A DNA stretch of 64,000 nucleotides from Balneolaceae bacterium (GTDB lineage: Bacteria; Bacteroidota; Rhodothermia; Balneolales; Balneolaceae), in the NCBI GenBank assembly GCA_047921075.1, contig JBLRWS010000002.1, positions 4,662 through 68,661 of the forward strand, in the 5' to 3' direction. The notes below the pieces were generated by a model, which saw nothing but the letters and a program-made list of their open reading frames with translations, was not told the origin of the DNA and made no database searches. This document shows positions 39,458 to 50,084 of the stretch, in pieces; the stretch's first letter is position 1; every line of letters starts with the position of its first letter. The position numbers and the translations under genes are program-made.

Positions 39458-40519
39458 TCAAATTGGAAATGGTGCGCGATAGATATCGCCGCCGGCTACA
39501 TGTAGCATATAAACGGCTTTTTGGGGTAAGGAGACCCAAAATCGGTTCGGTTTTGTTTCGTTTTGAAGAGTTGGAAAGGTAACCGTCTTGAACAGCTTGC
39601 CATCGTTAGAAACATGGGCGATGGTAACCGGATGCGCCTCGGTTGTATTCATCAATACGGCGATTCCGGCTTCTGTTGCCTGAATTTCGTGTGCAAAATG
39701 TAGCATTAACAGATTTGGCCGCCCCATGTCGGCAAGGGTTTTATTGTTTTCTACAAACTGCTCAAAAACACCCTCTGTAGCCGGTAGGCGTAACGATTTT
39801 TCCCAAATGAGCTGTCCGGAATGGGAATATTTTTGAAGTTGTGCGGTGGCTTGCTGAAAGAGAAATATACCGGACCTGTTGGCAGATAAAAGAACCTGGT
39901 TTTGGAGAAAGGCGGGAACTCTTCCGGCAGCAGCGTCGCTTTGCGCTTGTTGAATATCTATTGAGCCGTCAGTGTCGGCAAAAGCCCGCCCAAATGAAAA
40001 GGTGCTCTCAACATCACGCAGATCAGTAAAGGTCAGCAGGGAGTCGGAGCTTGCAGGTAAAATAAGTTTGTGAGGGGATAATGCGGCGAGCGAAAGCGTA
40101 AGCGAACCAGCGTCAATAGAATAATCAGCAATGTGAGTCCCATCAGTGTGAAGGTGAATAACTTTACCTCCGGGCCGGTCGTACAGAACCAACGTGTCTT
40201 GAAACGCCCAGTGCCCTGCAATAAATCGAAACTCGCCGGGGCCCTCACCCTCTCTTCCAAACTCTTGCATGGGTTCTCCCCCCGGTCCCAACCGCACAAT
40301 TTGATTTAATCCATTGTCGTATAGATAGAGCGATTCATCTGTCTCGAACAGTGAAAACGGCCTTGCCATCCAATCATCTTCAGCCGCCGAGAGTAAAACC
40401 GAAACGTCATCAATCTCCACAGCTTCTATTTCCGGCTGATTAGCATCAGGACTGTGGCTGCACGATAAGAAAAAGAGTAGATAAAGAGAGAAAACAGAAA
40501 CAGCGGTAAAGAAGCGCAT
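39458..40519 (-). CDS. Hypothetical lipoprotein, probably a 6-bladed beta-propeller
   Basis: Signal and lipobox MRFFTAVSVFSLYLLFFLSC, followed by a repetitive beta-rich sequence. No catalytic motif recognised. Confidence 0.65.
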   Translation of the reverse strand: MRFFTAVSVFSLYLLFFLSCSHSPDANQPEIEAVEIDDVSVLLSAAEDDWMARPFSLFETDESLYLYDNGLNQIVRLGPGGEPMQEFGREGEGPGEFRFIAGHWAFQDTLVLYDRPGGKVIHLHTDGTHIADYSIDAGSLTLSLAALSPHKLILPASSDSLLTFTDLRDVESTFSFGRAFADTDGSIDIQQAQSDAAAGRVPAFLQNQVLLSANRSGIFLFQQATAQLQKYSHSGQLIWEKSLRLPATEGVFEQFVENNKTLADMGRPNLLMLHFAHEIQATEAGIAVLMNTTEAHPVTIAHVSNDGKLFKTVTFPTLQNETKPNRFWVSLPQKAVYMLHVAGGDIYRAPFPI

Positions 40520-40605
40520 ACATCAGGGTTTTTAAGGAGATTTATCAAAAACTAAATAATTAGTACTCCCAAATCAAATACTACTCCATCAAAGATAAAC
40601 CCGCT

Positions 40606-40821
40606 CTACTCTGGGGAATCTTCCTGTCGCTGCTCGTTATAGGCGAGGGTAATTTTTTGATTCATATGGCGCTTGTAGTTCTCGTATTCGTAGCGCCGTA
40701 CGGTAAACTCGGAATGGTAGGTACCGTCGTTGCAGTCTACATGCAGTTTGTTAGGCTGGTCGGTTTCGGTGATCACAACCCGAATGGTTCCTAATTGATA
40801 CGATTCGATCTCTTTTGCCAT
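40606..40821 (-). CDS. Hypothetical small protein (71 aa)
   Basis: It is an isolated ORF with plausible composition and no recognised family. It is the only ORF of at least 60 aa listed in this interval. Confidence 0.5.
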   Translation of the reverse strand: MAKEIESYQLGTIRVVITETDQPNKLHVDCNDGTYHSEFTVRRYEYENYKRHMNQKITLAYNEQRQEDSPE

Positions 40822-40905
40822 AGCTATCCAGAATTTTTAAGAGATTGAATTTAACCCTTTCTTTGATCATCTTCATTCAACTTTAAAACGAATAAATTGG
40901 ATACT

Positions 40906-41478
40906 ATGCTACATAAATGTTGGATTCTATTAGTTGGGGTACTGCTGTTTGCCGCGTGTGCAGAGCCGGACGAAACCGGAATGGTAACCGATAGCGATCA
41001 AACCGAGGCTTTTTTCACGAACATCAGCGAGTTGTGCGGTGCCTGGTTTTCCGGGCAGGCCACCTTTCCCGACGATCCCGAACATACGCTGGTCGCCACC
41101 GGCCTTCGCGTACACGTTACCGAATGCGGCGATGAGCGCATCGACCTGAACCTGTACCGCGATGGTGGAGATACGTGGCACGCCACCTGGATCCTTGAAA
41201 TGAAAGACAACGGGCTGCATCTCTATCACGATCATATTGGCGAAAAGGAGTATCCCGAGGGAGAAGAGCCGCTAACGGGATACGGCGGATATGCCGATGT
41301 ACGGGGTACCTCAACCGTGCAGTACTTTCCGGCCGACGACCACACCGCTGAAATTTTACCCGAAGCGGCGACCAATGTGTGGATGATGCAGCTTGATCTG
41401 GAATCGGGCGCGTTTGTCTACTATTTGGAGCGCAATGATGAACCGCGATTCAGGGCAGAAGTCTACCTGGAGTCCTGA
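40906..41478 (+). CDS. Hypothetical lipoprotein
   Basis: MLHKCWILLVGVLLFAAC is a signal peptide with lipobox Cys, followed by a soluble domain of unknown family. Confidence 0.65.
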   Translation: MLHKCWILLVGVLLFAACAEPDETGMVTDSDQTEAFFTNISELCGAWFSGQATFPDDPEHTLVATGLRVHVTECGDERIDLNLYRDGGDTWHATWILEMKDNGLHLYHDHIGEKEYPEGEEPLTGYGGYADVRGTSTVQYFPADDHTAEILPEAATNVWMMQLDLESGAFVYYLERNDEPRFRAEVYLES

Positions 41479-41500
41479 ACCCATAATAATGGCCTGACGT

Positions 41501-43477
41501 TTGAGTAATAACCGATTTCGACTGACCAACCCATTCCGCTACTATCTGGAGCGGCAATTTGTAAAAGGAGCGCACTATCAGCTTCTGGGTGTTGCGGCAT
41601 TAATCGGGCTCATTTCCATCATTGGCGGCTTACTGGTAAGCGGGCTGCAGGAAGATTTTGAGACCTACTCTGAAACGGTTTGGTGGGCATTTCTGCGATT
41701 GACAGACCCCGGGTATTTAGGTGATGATGAAGGTACATGGAAGCGGGTTGTCTCCACCTTTTTGACAATTTCGGGTTATGTGGTTTTTCTGGGTGCGCTG
41801 GTTGCCATTATGACGCAGTGGCTGCAAAGCAAAATGCAGCAGCTGACGGACGGATACACCCCGATTGCGGCTAAACATCATGTCGTAATTTTGGGCGATA
41901 CAACACGAACGGAGCCCATTGCAGAAGAGCTGCTTCAGGGAGGCGGGCGTTTAAAACGGTTTCTTAAAAAATTTGGAAAGAAACAGCTAAAGCTGGTCAT
42001 TCTTGTAGAGCGCAGTGCAGCCGAACTGCTGCAAAAGCTGAAAGCCAATCAACAGATCGGGCATGCTGCAGAGGATGTGATTTTACGTTCAGGGTCGCCT
42101 TTAGAGTCTGAGAGCCTCATGAGGGTAGACTGCTACCATGCGGCAGCGGTGATTATTCCGAGCCAAACCGTAGCGCAAAAAACGCTGGTTTCGGCAGATG
42201 TTGAGACGATCAAAACCCTGCTTTCTCTGAATAGCTATAGCCGGATGCCGGGTAAGGGACAATTGCCGTACGTGGTGGCCGAAATCAACGACGACCGCCG
42301 AAGAAGTGCCGCGCTGAACGCGTACAATGGCGATCTGGAAGTTATTTCCAGTGATGCGTTTATCTGTCGGTTGATTGCTCAAAATGTTCGCCACAGAGGA
42401 TTGTCTGAGGTATACGAAGAGCTGCTCACAAAAGGAAAGAACAACGATTTGTATGTGCGTGAGCACGGCTCGATGGCCGGGAAAACCATCGCCGAAGCCG
42501 AACGATATTTTAGGCACTGCCTGGTTCTCGGGCTCATACGCCCGACCGATGAGGGATTTATGCCAATGTTAAATCTGCCCGGCTCTACTCCGATTGAAAA
42601 GGGGGATCGGTTGGTATTTTTGGCACGTATGTTCGAAGATACGGAACCCGCTTCGCAGCCCGTACACGAAAAAATTTCAGTTGAAGACAAAGGGGTAGCT
42701 GTGGCCCGAACCTCACCCAGCGGAAAGGAGATTAAGAAAAGAGTACTTATTCTGGGCTGGAATCACAAACTGCCGGCGCTGTTGAAAGAATTCTCATCCT
42801 ATCAAAACGAGGAGTTCACCTTTACGGTCGTCTCCATATTACCACCGGAGCATAGAGAGAAGTTAATTCAGCAGCTATTTCAGGACATGCCGCCACCGCC
42901 ATGCACTCATATAGAAGCGGATTATATGAATGAAGTAGAACTGGTGAAGGTACAGCCCGAAACGTTTGACCATGTTATTTTTTCGAGCAGTGATTTATTG
43001 TCGGAAGGAGAAGAGGCCGATGCCCGGTCGATTGTAGGGAATATTTTACTTCATGAAATGCTTCAAAACAGAGAAAAAAAACCGGGAGTGTTACTGGAGC
43101 TTGCCGAAGAATCGAGTGTTGGGCTGATTCAACAAGATGACGTTGATATGCTTGTGAGCACGGCCATCATCAGTCACGTACTTGCTCAGGTAGCGTTACG
43201 CAGAGAGGTACATGCCATATATACCGAGTTGTTTTCAGCCGGTGGGGCAGAGATCATCTTTGGCCTGCCCGAAAACTACGGTATTGAGAATGGAACATAC
43301 AGTTTTCAGGAGTTGGCCGTGCGAACCGCACGCGAGGGAGATAAACTCATGGGCACATTCAGATATGATCGCGACTCATCACACAAAAGAGGTCATGTGA
43401 AGATGAATCCGCCTCGCAATGCCAGTATTGTCATTGACGCGCAAACCAAGCTGGTTGTACTAACCACATACGGATAA
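41501..43477 (+). CDS. CASTOR/POLLUX-related putative ion channel with RCK/TrkA-like domains
   Basis: The 658 aa product has two N-terminal TM segments flanking a pore-like WWAFLRLTDPGYLGDD. Two NAD-fold-like modules follow (HHVVILGDT..., RVLILGWNHKLP). TTG start per the ORF track. Confidence 0.65.
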   Translation: MSNNRFRLTNPFRYYLERQFVKGAHYQLLGVAALIGLISIIGGLLVSGLQEDFETYSETVWWAFLRLTDPGYLGDDEGTWKRVVSTFLTISGYVVFLGALVAIMTQWLQSKMQQLTDGYTPIAAKHHVVILGDTTRTEPIAEELLQGGGRLKRFLKKFGKKQLKLVILVERSAAELLQKLKANQQIGHAAEDVILRSGSPLESESLMRVDCYHAAAVIIPSQTVAQKTLVSADVETIKTLLSLNSYSRMPGKGQLPYVVAEINDDRRRSAALNAYNGDLEVISSDAFICRLIAQNVRHRGLSEVYEELLTKGKNNDLYVREHGSMAGKTIAEAERYFRHCLVLGLIRPTDEGFMPMLNLPGSTPIEKGDRLVFLARMFEDTEPASQPVHEKISVEDKGVAVARTSPSGKEIKKRVLILGWNHKLPALLKEFSSYQNEEFTFTVVSILPPEHREKLIQQLFQDMPPPPCTHIEADYMNEVELVKVQPETFDHVIFSSSDLLSEGEEADARSIVGNILLHEMLQNREKKPGVLLELAEESSVGLIQQDDVDMLVSTAIISHVLAQVALRREVHAIYTELFSAGGAEIIFGLPENYGIENGTYSFQELAVRTAREGDKLMGTFRYDRDSSHKRGHVKMNPPRNASIVIDAQTKLVVLTTYG

Positions 43478-43723
43478 GCAATTTTCCCAAAAATAAACAA
43501 GCCGTTGCAGATCGAATGTAAAGGTGAATTTATTTGAAAATCGATGGTAAAATTGGATTCTGTGTACGAATAGGTAAAATCATGGGTCGATTAGTTTGTC
43601 AAACAGTACGTTCCTGATGTCCGGTACGGATATGGAGTGGCTTGGTTAACAGAAGGTTATCGTTGTAGAAGGTGCAGGGTAATAAACCATAAATCCCGAC
43701 GGCAAAAAACGGCATGACTAACT

Positions 43724-44698
43724 CTACTGCTCCCGCTGCTCAATCTGTAAAGTATCAGAGGATGCGGACGTTGCCTGTTGAAGTGTATCTTCACCAGCAT
43801 AAGGCTCCGGCTCTTCTAATGAAAAAATCAGGCTGTCGAGTCTGCTGATCTGGAATTCTTCGTCGGCATCCCAGACACCGTCGGTTTCCCAGAGTGAATC
43901 GGGCTGAATTTCGATATGAGAGACTGACACAGGCAATGTCGGTAGTTCATCAGGTTCCGGCGTGGCGGGCTGATAGTACGCAATTCCGCTCAACTGCGTC
44001 ATCTGTCGAAGAATCCATCCGCTTCGTTCTTCCGCATAGGGGGAGGGCGGATTAACCCGCATCCGTTTTGGGCTGGGCAGTACTGCGGCAAGCCGGGTTG
44101 ACATTTCGGGGGTAACCGATGATGCGGGAACCCCGAAAAATGTTTCTGAGGCTTTGCCGATGCCAAACACACCCGGGCCGAACTCCGCAATATTCAGGTA
44201 GACTTCGATGATGCGCTCTTTTGACCAGAAGAGCTCAATCAATACGGTAAAACCCGCCTCAATTCCTTTTCGGACAAATGATTGTGATGAAGACAAAAAC
44301 AGATTTTTTGCAACCTGCTGAGAGATCGTGCTGGCTCCACGGACTCGTTCGCCCTGTTGGCGCTCATCCCAGGCTTCCTGGATTGATTCAAGGTCAAAAC
44401 CCCGGTGCTGGTAAAAGAGCTGATCCTCTGACGCAATGACCGCCCATTTCATATGCTCGGGAATCTCATCAGCGGGAACCCAATAGTCGGTTAAGCTGTA
44501 TCGTTCCGCTTCCAGTTCACCCCAGTTTTCCTGGTACGTGAAGCTTGTAGCGGACGGATTGATCCAGCGCAGGGCAAAAACGGTAAGGATAATCAGCAGT
44601 AAGATCCCTGCTGCAGCAGAAAGCGCTGATATTAGGTAAATGCGAGGCTGTTTATAATACGCCTTTTTTTGAGTCTGTAAATTGTTCTCAGATTCCAT
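43724..44698 (-). CDS. mtgA: Monofunctional peptidoglycan glycosyltransferase (GT51) with an acidic C-terminal tail
   Basis: An N-terminal TM is followed by ASEDQLFYQHRGFD...RGASTISQQVAKNLFL (GT51 motifs 1-2) and RIIEVYLNIAEFG. No transpeptidase domain is present. Confidence 0.88.
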   Translation of the reverse strand: MESENNLQTQKKAYYKQPRIYLISALSAAAGILLLIILTVFALRWINPSATSFTYQENWGELEAERYSLTDYWVPADEIPEHMKWAVIASEDQLFYQHRGFDLESIQEAWDERQQGERVRGASTISQQVAKNLFLSSSQSFVRKGIEAGFTVLIELFWSKERIIEVYLNIAEFGPGVFGIGKASETFFGVPASSVTPEMSTRLAAVLPSPKRMRVNPPSPYAEERSGWILRQMTQLSGIAYYQPATPEPDELPTLPVSVSHIEIQPDSLWETDGVWDADEEFQISRLDSLIFSLEEPEPYAGEDTLQQATSASSDTLQIEQREQ

Positions 44699-44772
44699 AC
44701 TTCTACAACTCGCAAAAGATCAATCTGTTTCAAAAAAATAGTCGTTTGATCGGTTGGAATAACCAGTGAGCA

Positions 44773-44814
44773 TAAAAATACCCGTCAGCCCGCAGATGTA
44801 GCGCGCAGACGGGT
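44773..44814 (-). terminator. Possible terminator downstream of the S9 peptidase gene
   Basis: On the minus strand, ACCCGTC...GACGGGT forms a 7-bp stem with a long loop, followed by ATTTTTAT. Confidence 0.4.
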
Positions 44815-44854
44815 AAAGATTAAATTTCCCTATTCCCTGAAGGGTAGTAACATT

Positions 44855-46927
44855 CTATTCACGTTCCGGAACCGGGGCATCCCAATGGGGAAGCTCAGCA
44901 GATGAATCGCCGGTCATCAGGTAGGTGTCGAACCACTGCAGCATACGATGGGTGTAATCGTATCGGGAGGCGGCACGTGTATTGCCATGTCCCTCGCCGG
45001 GATACCAAACCAGGCGGGCGGGAACCTCCGGCTTGCGCACCTTGAGGTGGCGGTACAGTTCGAGTGATTGCGCCGGATGCACGCGGGTATCGTTTGCGCC
45101 GTGCATAATCAGGATGGGAGTTTGCGCACGATCTACCCAATAAATAGGGCTCCGCTTCAGATAATCAAGCCATTTCTCATCCGATTCCCACATGCGTTCA
45201 CGGGAGTGTACCAGATAGAGTTCGTCTGGAATATCGCTTGTGCCCCACTTGGAGAGATTGTTACTGATGCCTACGAACATGACGGCTGCCGCAAACCGAT
45301 CACTGTAATAGGTGCTCATCCACGCAGATGCGTATCCTCCGTACGAACCGCCGGTAACGCCAATACGGTTCGCATCCGCAATGCCGCGATCAATCAGAGC
45401 GTCTACGCCGTCTACAATGTCATCAAACTCTTTGCCTGCAAGATCGGCCTGGCTGCTATAGACAAACTCAGTGCCACGCCCAGTACTGCCGCGGTAATTC
45501 GGATAGAAAACAGCATATCCTTTGGCAGCCGCCATCTGTCCGGGCATGGAGTAGTTGGTAAGCCAGCCGTTGCTGTAGTGCGCCTCAGGTCCGCCATGTA
45601 TCATGTTGATGAGCGGAACCGCGGTGCCCGCTTCGTATCCAACCGGATAGATGAGAATACCGTCGATCTCAAACTCGCCGTCACGCGTGGTGTAGGTGAT
45701 CACTTCCTGCCGGCCGAGCTCCACATCGTCAAGCCAGGCATTGTGATGGGTTTTGCGCTCAGGTTGGGCATTGCGCCGGTTTTGCAGCACAAACAGCTCG
45801 TTAGGGTGTTGAGGTGTGCTTGCCACAAAGGCGAGGGTGCCATTATCGGCCCGCGAAAAAGTACCGATAGCGTGGGTTGACGATCGGAACAGTGTCTGTT
45901 TTTGTGTGCCGTTTGGCCGGATGGAGCCCAAAACAGAGGCGGTGCTTTCACTGGCGCGGAAGTGGATTTGATTGGGGCCTGTCCAGGCGATGTGCTCATA
46001 CTTGCCTTCGTACCCCAAGTCGATTTTTTCGGGAGTGCCGCCGGAAGCGGATACAATCAGAATTCGCCCGTCAATCGGGTCATGGATATTCCGGCCGGCG
46101 CGCAGTGCGAGGCGATCACCCTGCGGGCTCCATACAATTTGCCCCAACTTGCCTTCATTGTTCACCTCGGCAGCCACTTGCCGGGTGCGGTAATCAACGA
46201 TCACTACTTGTTGAGCCATAAATGAATCGTCCACACCGGGAGACGGAGCTACGGAGAGTGCAATGCGGTCGCCGGATGGGCTCCACTCCATCATGTACAC
46301 GGTGCCCTCTACTTCGATTCGGTGCGGGGTATGCCCATCGCGGGCAACATTGGTAATATATGCCGGCCGCTGCGGGAGGTTCTCTTCAAATACATCGGCT
46401 GTGTACGGCAGTGGGCTGGATGAAGTCTCGGGATTGTCGAACGAGGAGAAGACAATGTGGTTGCCGTCGGGGTGCCAGCTATAGGCAGAAATGGAACGCT
46501 CGAAGGCGAACAGTTTAACAGCTTCGCCACCACCCAGTGGCAACTCATAAAGCGCGCGTACGGCGTCGCCGGGCTGGCTGGTTACAAACGTCACGGAGCG
46601 ATGGCCGGGCCGAAAGGCGACACCACTGATGCCACCCTGCGTGTAGTACGGGCGGGATTCATTTGTTTGAAGGTTAAGAATGTGTAGTTCGGTACGGTTC
46701 CCGGCATTCTCTTTATAGGGGTCGGCAGGTACCGATACGGTATACGCAGCAAACATCCCATCATCAGAAAGTTCTACACTTGTAACCGCCTCCATGGTAG
46801 CAATCTGATAGGGTGTGATGCCCTGAGCATTCAGGGAAGCTGCAGTGAAAACAAAAACTAAAAATGGCAGAATAGCCGTTCGTAACCGAACGGTGAGCAT
46901 GGTCCTTTTTTCTGTAGTCCGTTTCAT
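44855..46927 (-). CDS. S9-family serine peptidase (prolyl oligopeptidase/DPP-like) with an N-terminal beta-propeller
   Basis: GVTGGSYGGYAS is the GxSxGG nucleophile elbow. The C-terminus has IMHGANDTRV and EGHG. A signal peptide follows MKRTTEKRTMLTVRLRTAILPFLVFVFTAASLNAQG. Start chosen at 46927. Confidence 0.88.
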   Translation of the reverse strand: MKRTTEKRTMLTVRLRTAILPFLVFVFTAASLNAQGITPYQIATMEAVTSVELSDDGMFAAYTVSVPADPYKENAGNRTELHILNLQTNESRPYYTQGGISGVAFRPGHRSVTFVTSQPGDAVRALYELPLGGGEAVKLFAFERSISAYSWHPDGNHIVFSSFDNPETSSSPLPYTADVFEENLPQRPAYITNVARDGHTPHRIEVEGTVYMMEWSPSGDRIALSVAPSPGVDDSFMAQQVVIVDYRTRQVAAEVNNEGKLGQIVWSPQGDRLALRAGRNIHDPIDGRILIVSASGGTPEKIDLGYEGKYEHIAWTGPNQIHFRASESTASVLGSIRPNGTQKQTLFRSSTHAIGTFSRADNGTLAFVASTPQHPNELFVLQNRRNAQPERKTHHNAWLDDVELGRQEVITYTTRDGEFEIDGILIYPVGYEAGTAVPLINMIHGGPEAHYSNGWLTNYSMPGQMAAAKGYAVFYPNYRGSTGRGTEFVYSSQADLAGKEFDDIVDGVDALIDRGIADANRIGVTGGSYGGYASAWMSTYYSDRFAAAVMFVGISNNLSKWGTSDIPDELYLVHSRERMWESDEKWLDYLKRSPIYWVDRAQTPILIMHGANDTRVHPAQSLELYRHLKVRKPEVPARLVWYPGEGHGNTRAASRYDYTHRMLQWFDTYLMTGDSSAELPHWDAPVPERE

Positions 46928-47118
46928 AAATGTACTGGTTTGGTTAACACATGGTTTAAACTGTATTCTGGAATGCGTACGGCTGCATATTGAAAAATAA
47001 GGAGTTTGTGGCATTAAACAGAATGAGCAAGGGATTTCATTCGTGTCGATTTCATTCCTAAGAGCGGCATTTTTTTGGTACTTTTACCCCACACCTTAAA
47101 ACAGATGATCTTTAAAAA

Positions 47119-47946
47119 ATGAATCGTACAAATATTGCTACCGTTTTAATTATACTTTCTCTGGCTGTATCCGGCTGTGTGCAGCCCTCATCCGAAGACC
47201 GCTTTAACACACTCTACTCAACGCTGTGGATTCAGACGGCAGCCGAGTACGAAGCACTGTCACTGCAGGCGTACAACGCTGCCGAGCGAAAGCTGCCAGA
47301 AGCTATTGAGGACCGGAGCTGGACTGCTGCTGTGGAGCAGGGCGATGGATATGAAGACCTGCCGGCTGCTATTATTTTTGATTTGGACGAAACCGTGCTG
47401 GACAACTCTTTTTATGAGGCAAGGTTGATTCATGATGACGAAAACTTTGACCCCGAAGCCTGGAATAATTGGGTACGCGAAGAGCGTGCTACTGCACTGG
47501 AGGGAGCCGTGAGATTTATCAACCGGGCAGCCGAGCTGGGTGTTGAGCTGTTTTATATTACCAACCGCGATGCCGAAGTGGTAGAGGAAACGGAAGCGAA
47601 TCTTCGGGCACTGGGCATACCCGTTGCCGAGGGGTCGGTGATGGCCAACGGTGCCCAGCCAAACTGGACTTCGCTGAAAGTGCAGCGCCGCACCGAGGTG
47701 ACTGAAAACCACCGGGTGATTATGATTTTTGGAGATGACCTGAATGATTTTGCTCCCGCTCGTAACCTCTCTCTTGAAGACAGGCGCGCACTGGTACACG
47801 AACATGTTGATAAATGGTCGGTAAAGTGGTTTATGCTTCCCAATCCTAATTATGGTTCCTGGGAGCGCAATCTGTACACCGGTGACGAGCAAAACGAACT
47901 GGAACGGCAGCAACGGCGTCTGGACATGCTGCAAACTCTTCGGTAA
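47119..47946 (+). CDS. Class C acid phosphatase / 5'-nucleotidase, lipoprotein e(P4) family (HAD)
   Basis: Lipobox LSLAVSGC is followed by IIFDLDETVLDNS and GDDLNDF, the DDDD HAD motifs. Confidence 0.85.
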   Translation: MNRTNIATVLIILSLAVSGCVQPSSEDRFNTLYSTLWIQTAAEYEALSLQAYNAAERKLPEAIEDRSWTAAVEQGDGYEDLPAAIIFDLDETVLDNSFYEARLIHDDENFDPEAWNNWVREERATALEGAVRFINRAAELGVELFYITNRDAEVVEETEANLRALGIPVAEGSVMANGAQPNWTSLKVQRRTEVTENHRVIMIFGDDLNDFAPARNLSLEDRRALVHEHVDKWSVKWFMLPNPNYGSWERNLYTGDEQNELERQQRRLDMLQTLR

Positions 47947-48035
47947 GAGCTAATACCCGGCTTAACAGTTTGTTAATTCGGGTTGTCATGCCCGTTGGGT
48001 ATTTTTAGCTTTATTCTCAATCAAAATTGGTAGTT

Positions 48036-49496
48036 ATGTCTGGAAAAGGCCTCTCGCGACGTGAATTTTTGAAAACCGGAGCCCTCTCAACGGCCGGGCT
48101 GGGTGCCGGAATGATGGGATACCGCAAGGCTCCCACCGCGAAAAAACGGTTCAATGGCGACGCCAAAAATGTCATATTTCTGGTGGTTGACGGCATGAGC
48201 ATGGGTACGTTTTCCATCGCCGACCTGATCAAACAAGAGCAATTTGGCGACAAAACCCACTGGGTAAAGTTGTACGAATCAGATCGTGACTATCACCGTG
48301 GGCTAATGGACATGGCGTCCTTAAACTCAACCGTTACCGGTTCTGCATCTGCAGCATCGTCGTGGGGCAGCGGGCACCGCATTAACAACAACAGTGTAAA
48401 CTGGGGCCCGAACGACGAGCAGTACAAAACCATCTGCGAAATTTTTCGCGATGCGGGAAAGGGTACCGGACTTGTCACAACCACACGACTGACCCACGCC
48501 ACCCCGTCCGGCTTTGCGATTAACATGCCCGGCAGATGGATGGAAGACGAGATTGCCGAGCAGTATTCAGAACGGGATTACGATCTGCTGATGGGAGGCG
48601 GTAACCGCCATTTTGATCCGTCTATGCGGGATGACGGAAAGGATTTGTATGCTGTATTTCGCGAAAAGGGATACACCGTAGCAAAAACCAAAGAGGAGCT
48701 AAGCCGCGCCACACGAAACAGCAAGCTAATTGGCATTTTTAATGATAGCCACCTGCCTTACACTGTAGATTATAACAACGATTTGGATCTGCAGCGGGTT
48801 ACACCTACCCTGTCCGAAATGACTGGTGCCGCACTGGACCGATTGAGCCAAAACCCGGATGGATTTATTCTGCAAATAGAAGGAGGCCGGGTTGATCACG
48901 GTGCGCACAACAACGACGCAGCCGGGATGCTGTATGATCAGATTGCGTTTGATGATGCCATCAAAGCGGTAATGGATTTTACCGATGGCCGCGACGACAC
49001 GCTGGTTATTTTGACAACCGATCACGGTAATGCCAATCCCGGGCTGAGTGGTTTGGGTTCCGGCTATGGCAACTCTCCCGCCATGATGGCTACGCTCTAC
49101 GACTATCGCCACAGCTTTGACTGGATCTCGGCTCGTTTTCGTGAGCTGGCTCCCAATGGTGAACGAGGTGAACTACACGTGCAGCAAATACGCGAAGTGG
49201 TGGAGTACGCTACCAATACCGGGATTACCCGTGAGGAGGGGTTAATGATCAAGCAAGCGCTGCAAGGCACATTTCGCGCTCCGTTTTTTAACCGGGCAGG
49301 GTGGGACGCCGTGCTCTCCGGCGTGTTGGCCAATTACAACGGTATTTACTTCGTAGGCACCAACCATACAGCCGATTACGTAGAGCTTGCCGCATGGGGG
49401 CCGGGAAGTGAGCACCTCTCTACGTTTGAGAGAAACACCAACCTGTTTGACCTGATGGTGGATATGGCCGATGTGCGGGCCTTTGCACAAGGCTAA
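48036..49496 (+). CDS. Alkaline phosphatase (PhoA family) with a Tat signal
   Basis: LSRREFLKTGALS is a twin-arginine motif. It is followed by VVDGMSMGT, VTGSASAASSW, EGGRVDHGAHNND and LTTDHGN. Confidence 0.88.
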   Translation: MSGKGLSRREFLKTGALSTAGLGAGMMGYRKAPTAKKRFNGDAKNVIFLVVDGMSMGTFSIADLIKQEQFGDKTHWVKLYESDRDYHRGLMDMASLNSTVTGSASAASSWGSGHRINNNSVNWGPNDEQYKTICEIFRDAGKGTGLVTTTRLTHATPSGFAINMPGRWMEDEIAEQYSERDYDLLMGGGNRHFDPSMRDDGKDLYAVFREKGYTVAKTKEELSRATRNSKLIGIFNDSHLPYTVDYNNDLDLQRVTPTLSEMTGAALDRLSQNPDGFILQIEGGRVDHGAHNNDAAGMLYDQIAFDDAIKAVMDFTDGRDDTLVILTTDHGNANPGLSGLGSGYGNSPAMMATLYDYRHSFDWISARFRELAPNGERGELHVQQIREVVEYATNTGITREEGLMIKQALQGTFRAPFFNRAGWDAVLSGVLANYNGIYFVGTNHTADYVELAAWGPGSEHLSTFERNTNLFDLMVDMADVRAFAQG

Positions 49497-49559
49497 GGTG
49501 TTTTCTTGATGAGGGGTGCGGAAAAGACTCGTAGTAGAGCGCGCGCAGTCGTCCGATGG

Positions 49560-50036
49560 TTAGCTTTGCTGCTCCACCGCATTACGCATGAACCGTGTAA
49601 GCGTCTGCACATCCATATACCCGCGTCGGCGGTCAACAATGTTTCCCTCAGGGTCCAGAATAACTGTAAACGGATAGGCGGTTACGCCCATCTGCTGGGC
49701 AAATTCCAGTTCCGGCATTTGAACGCCGCGAAAGGTGATAACCGAATCGGAGTTCCCGTTAATTTTTACCGGAAAAAACTCGCGGTCCAAAACCGAACGC
49801 GTGGACGGGGCGGGGTACACATCGCGGTTCATGGCGCGGCAAAACTGGCATCCCACCTCGAAAATATCCACCAAAACCAATTTGTTTTCCTGCGATGCGC
49901 GATCAAGAGCATCGTCCAGGGCCATCCATTCAGGCGCATTTTCAATCTCCTCGGGAGTTACCGCATCAAAGGCGTTATAGAGAAAAATGCCGAGAAATCC
50001 GGCAATGAGCAGTGTGATGATAATCGGTCGTTTCAT
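49560..50036 (-). CDS. Membrane-anchored thioredoxin-fold protein
   Basis: An N-terminal TM (MKRPIIITLLIAGFLGIFLY) is followed by LVLVDIFEVGCQFCRAMN, a CxxC motif in a thioredoxin-like context. Confidence 0.75.
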   Translation of the reverse strand: MKRPIIITLLIAGFLGIFLYNAFDAVTPEEIENAPEWMALDDALDRASQENKLVLVDIFEVGCQFCRAMNRDVYPAPSTRSVLDREFFPVKINGNSDSVITFRGVQMPELEFAQQMGVTAYPFTVILDPEGNIVDRRRGYMDVQTLTRFMRNAVEQQS

Positions 50037-50084
50037 AAGTCAATCGGTATACATTCGAGCTGTATCAACGCGTAAAATACAAAT

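Noticed and set aside
44855-49496. A possible dedicated phosphate-scavenging operon (S9 peptidase, e(P4) acid phosphatase, Tat-PhoA).
   Set aside because: The genes are on different strands or separated by spacers. I could not recognise a Pho box. The families are ordinary, so the grouping may be coincidental.
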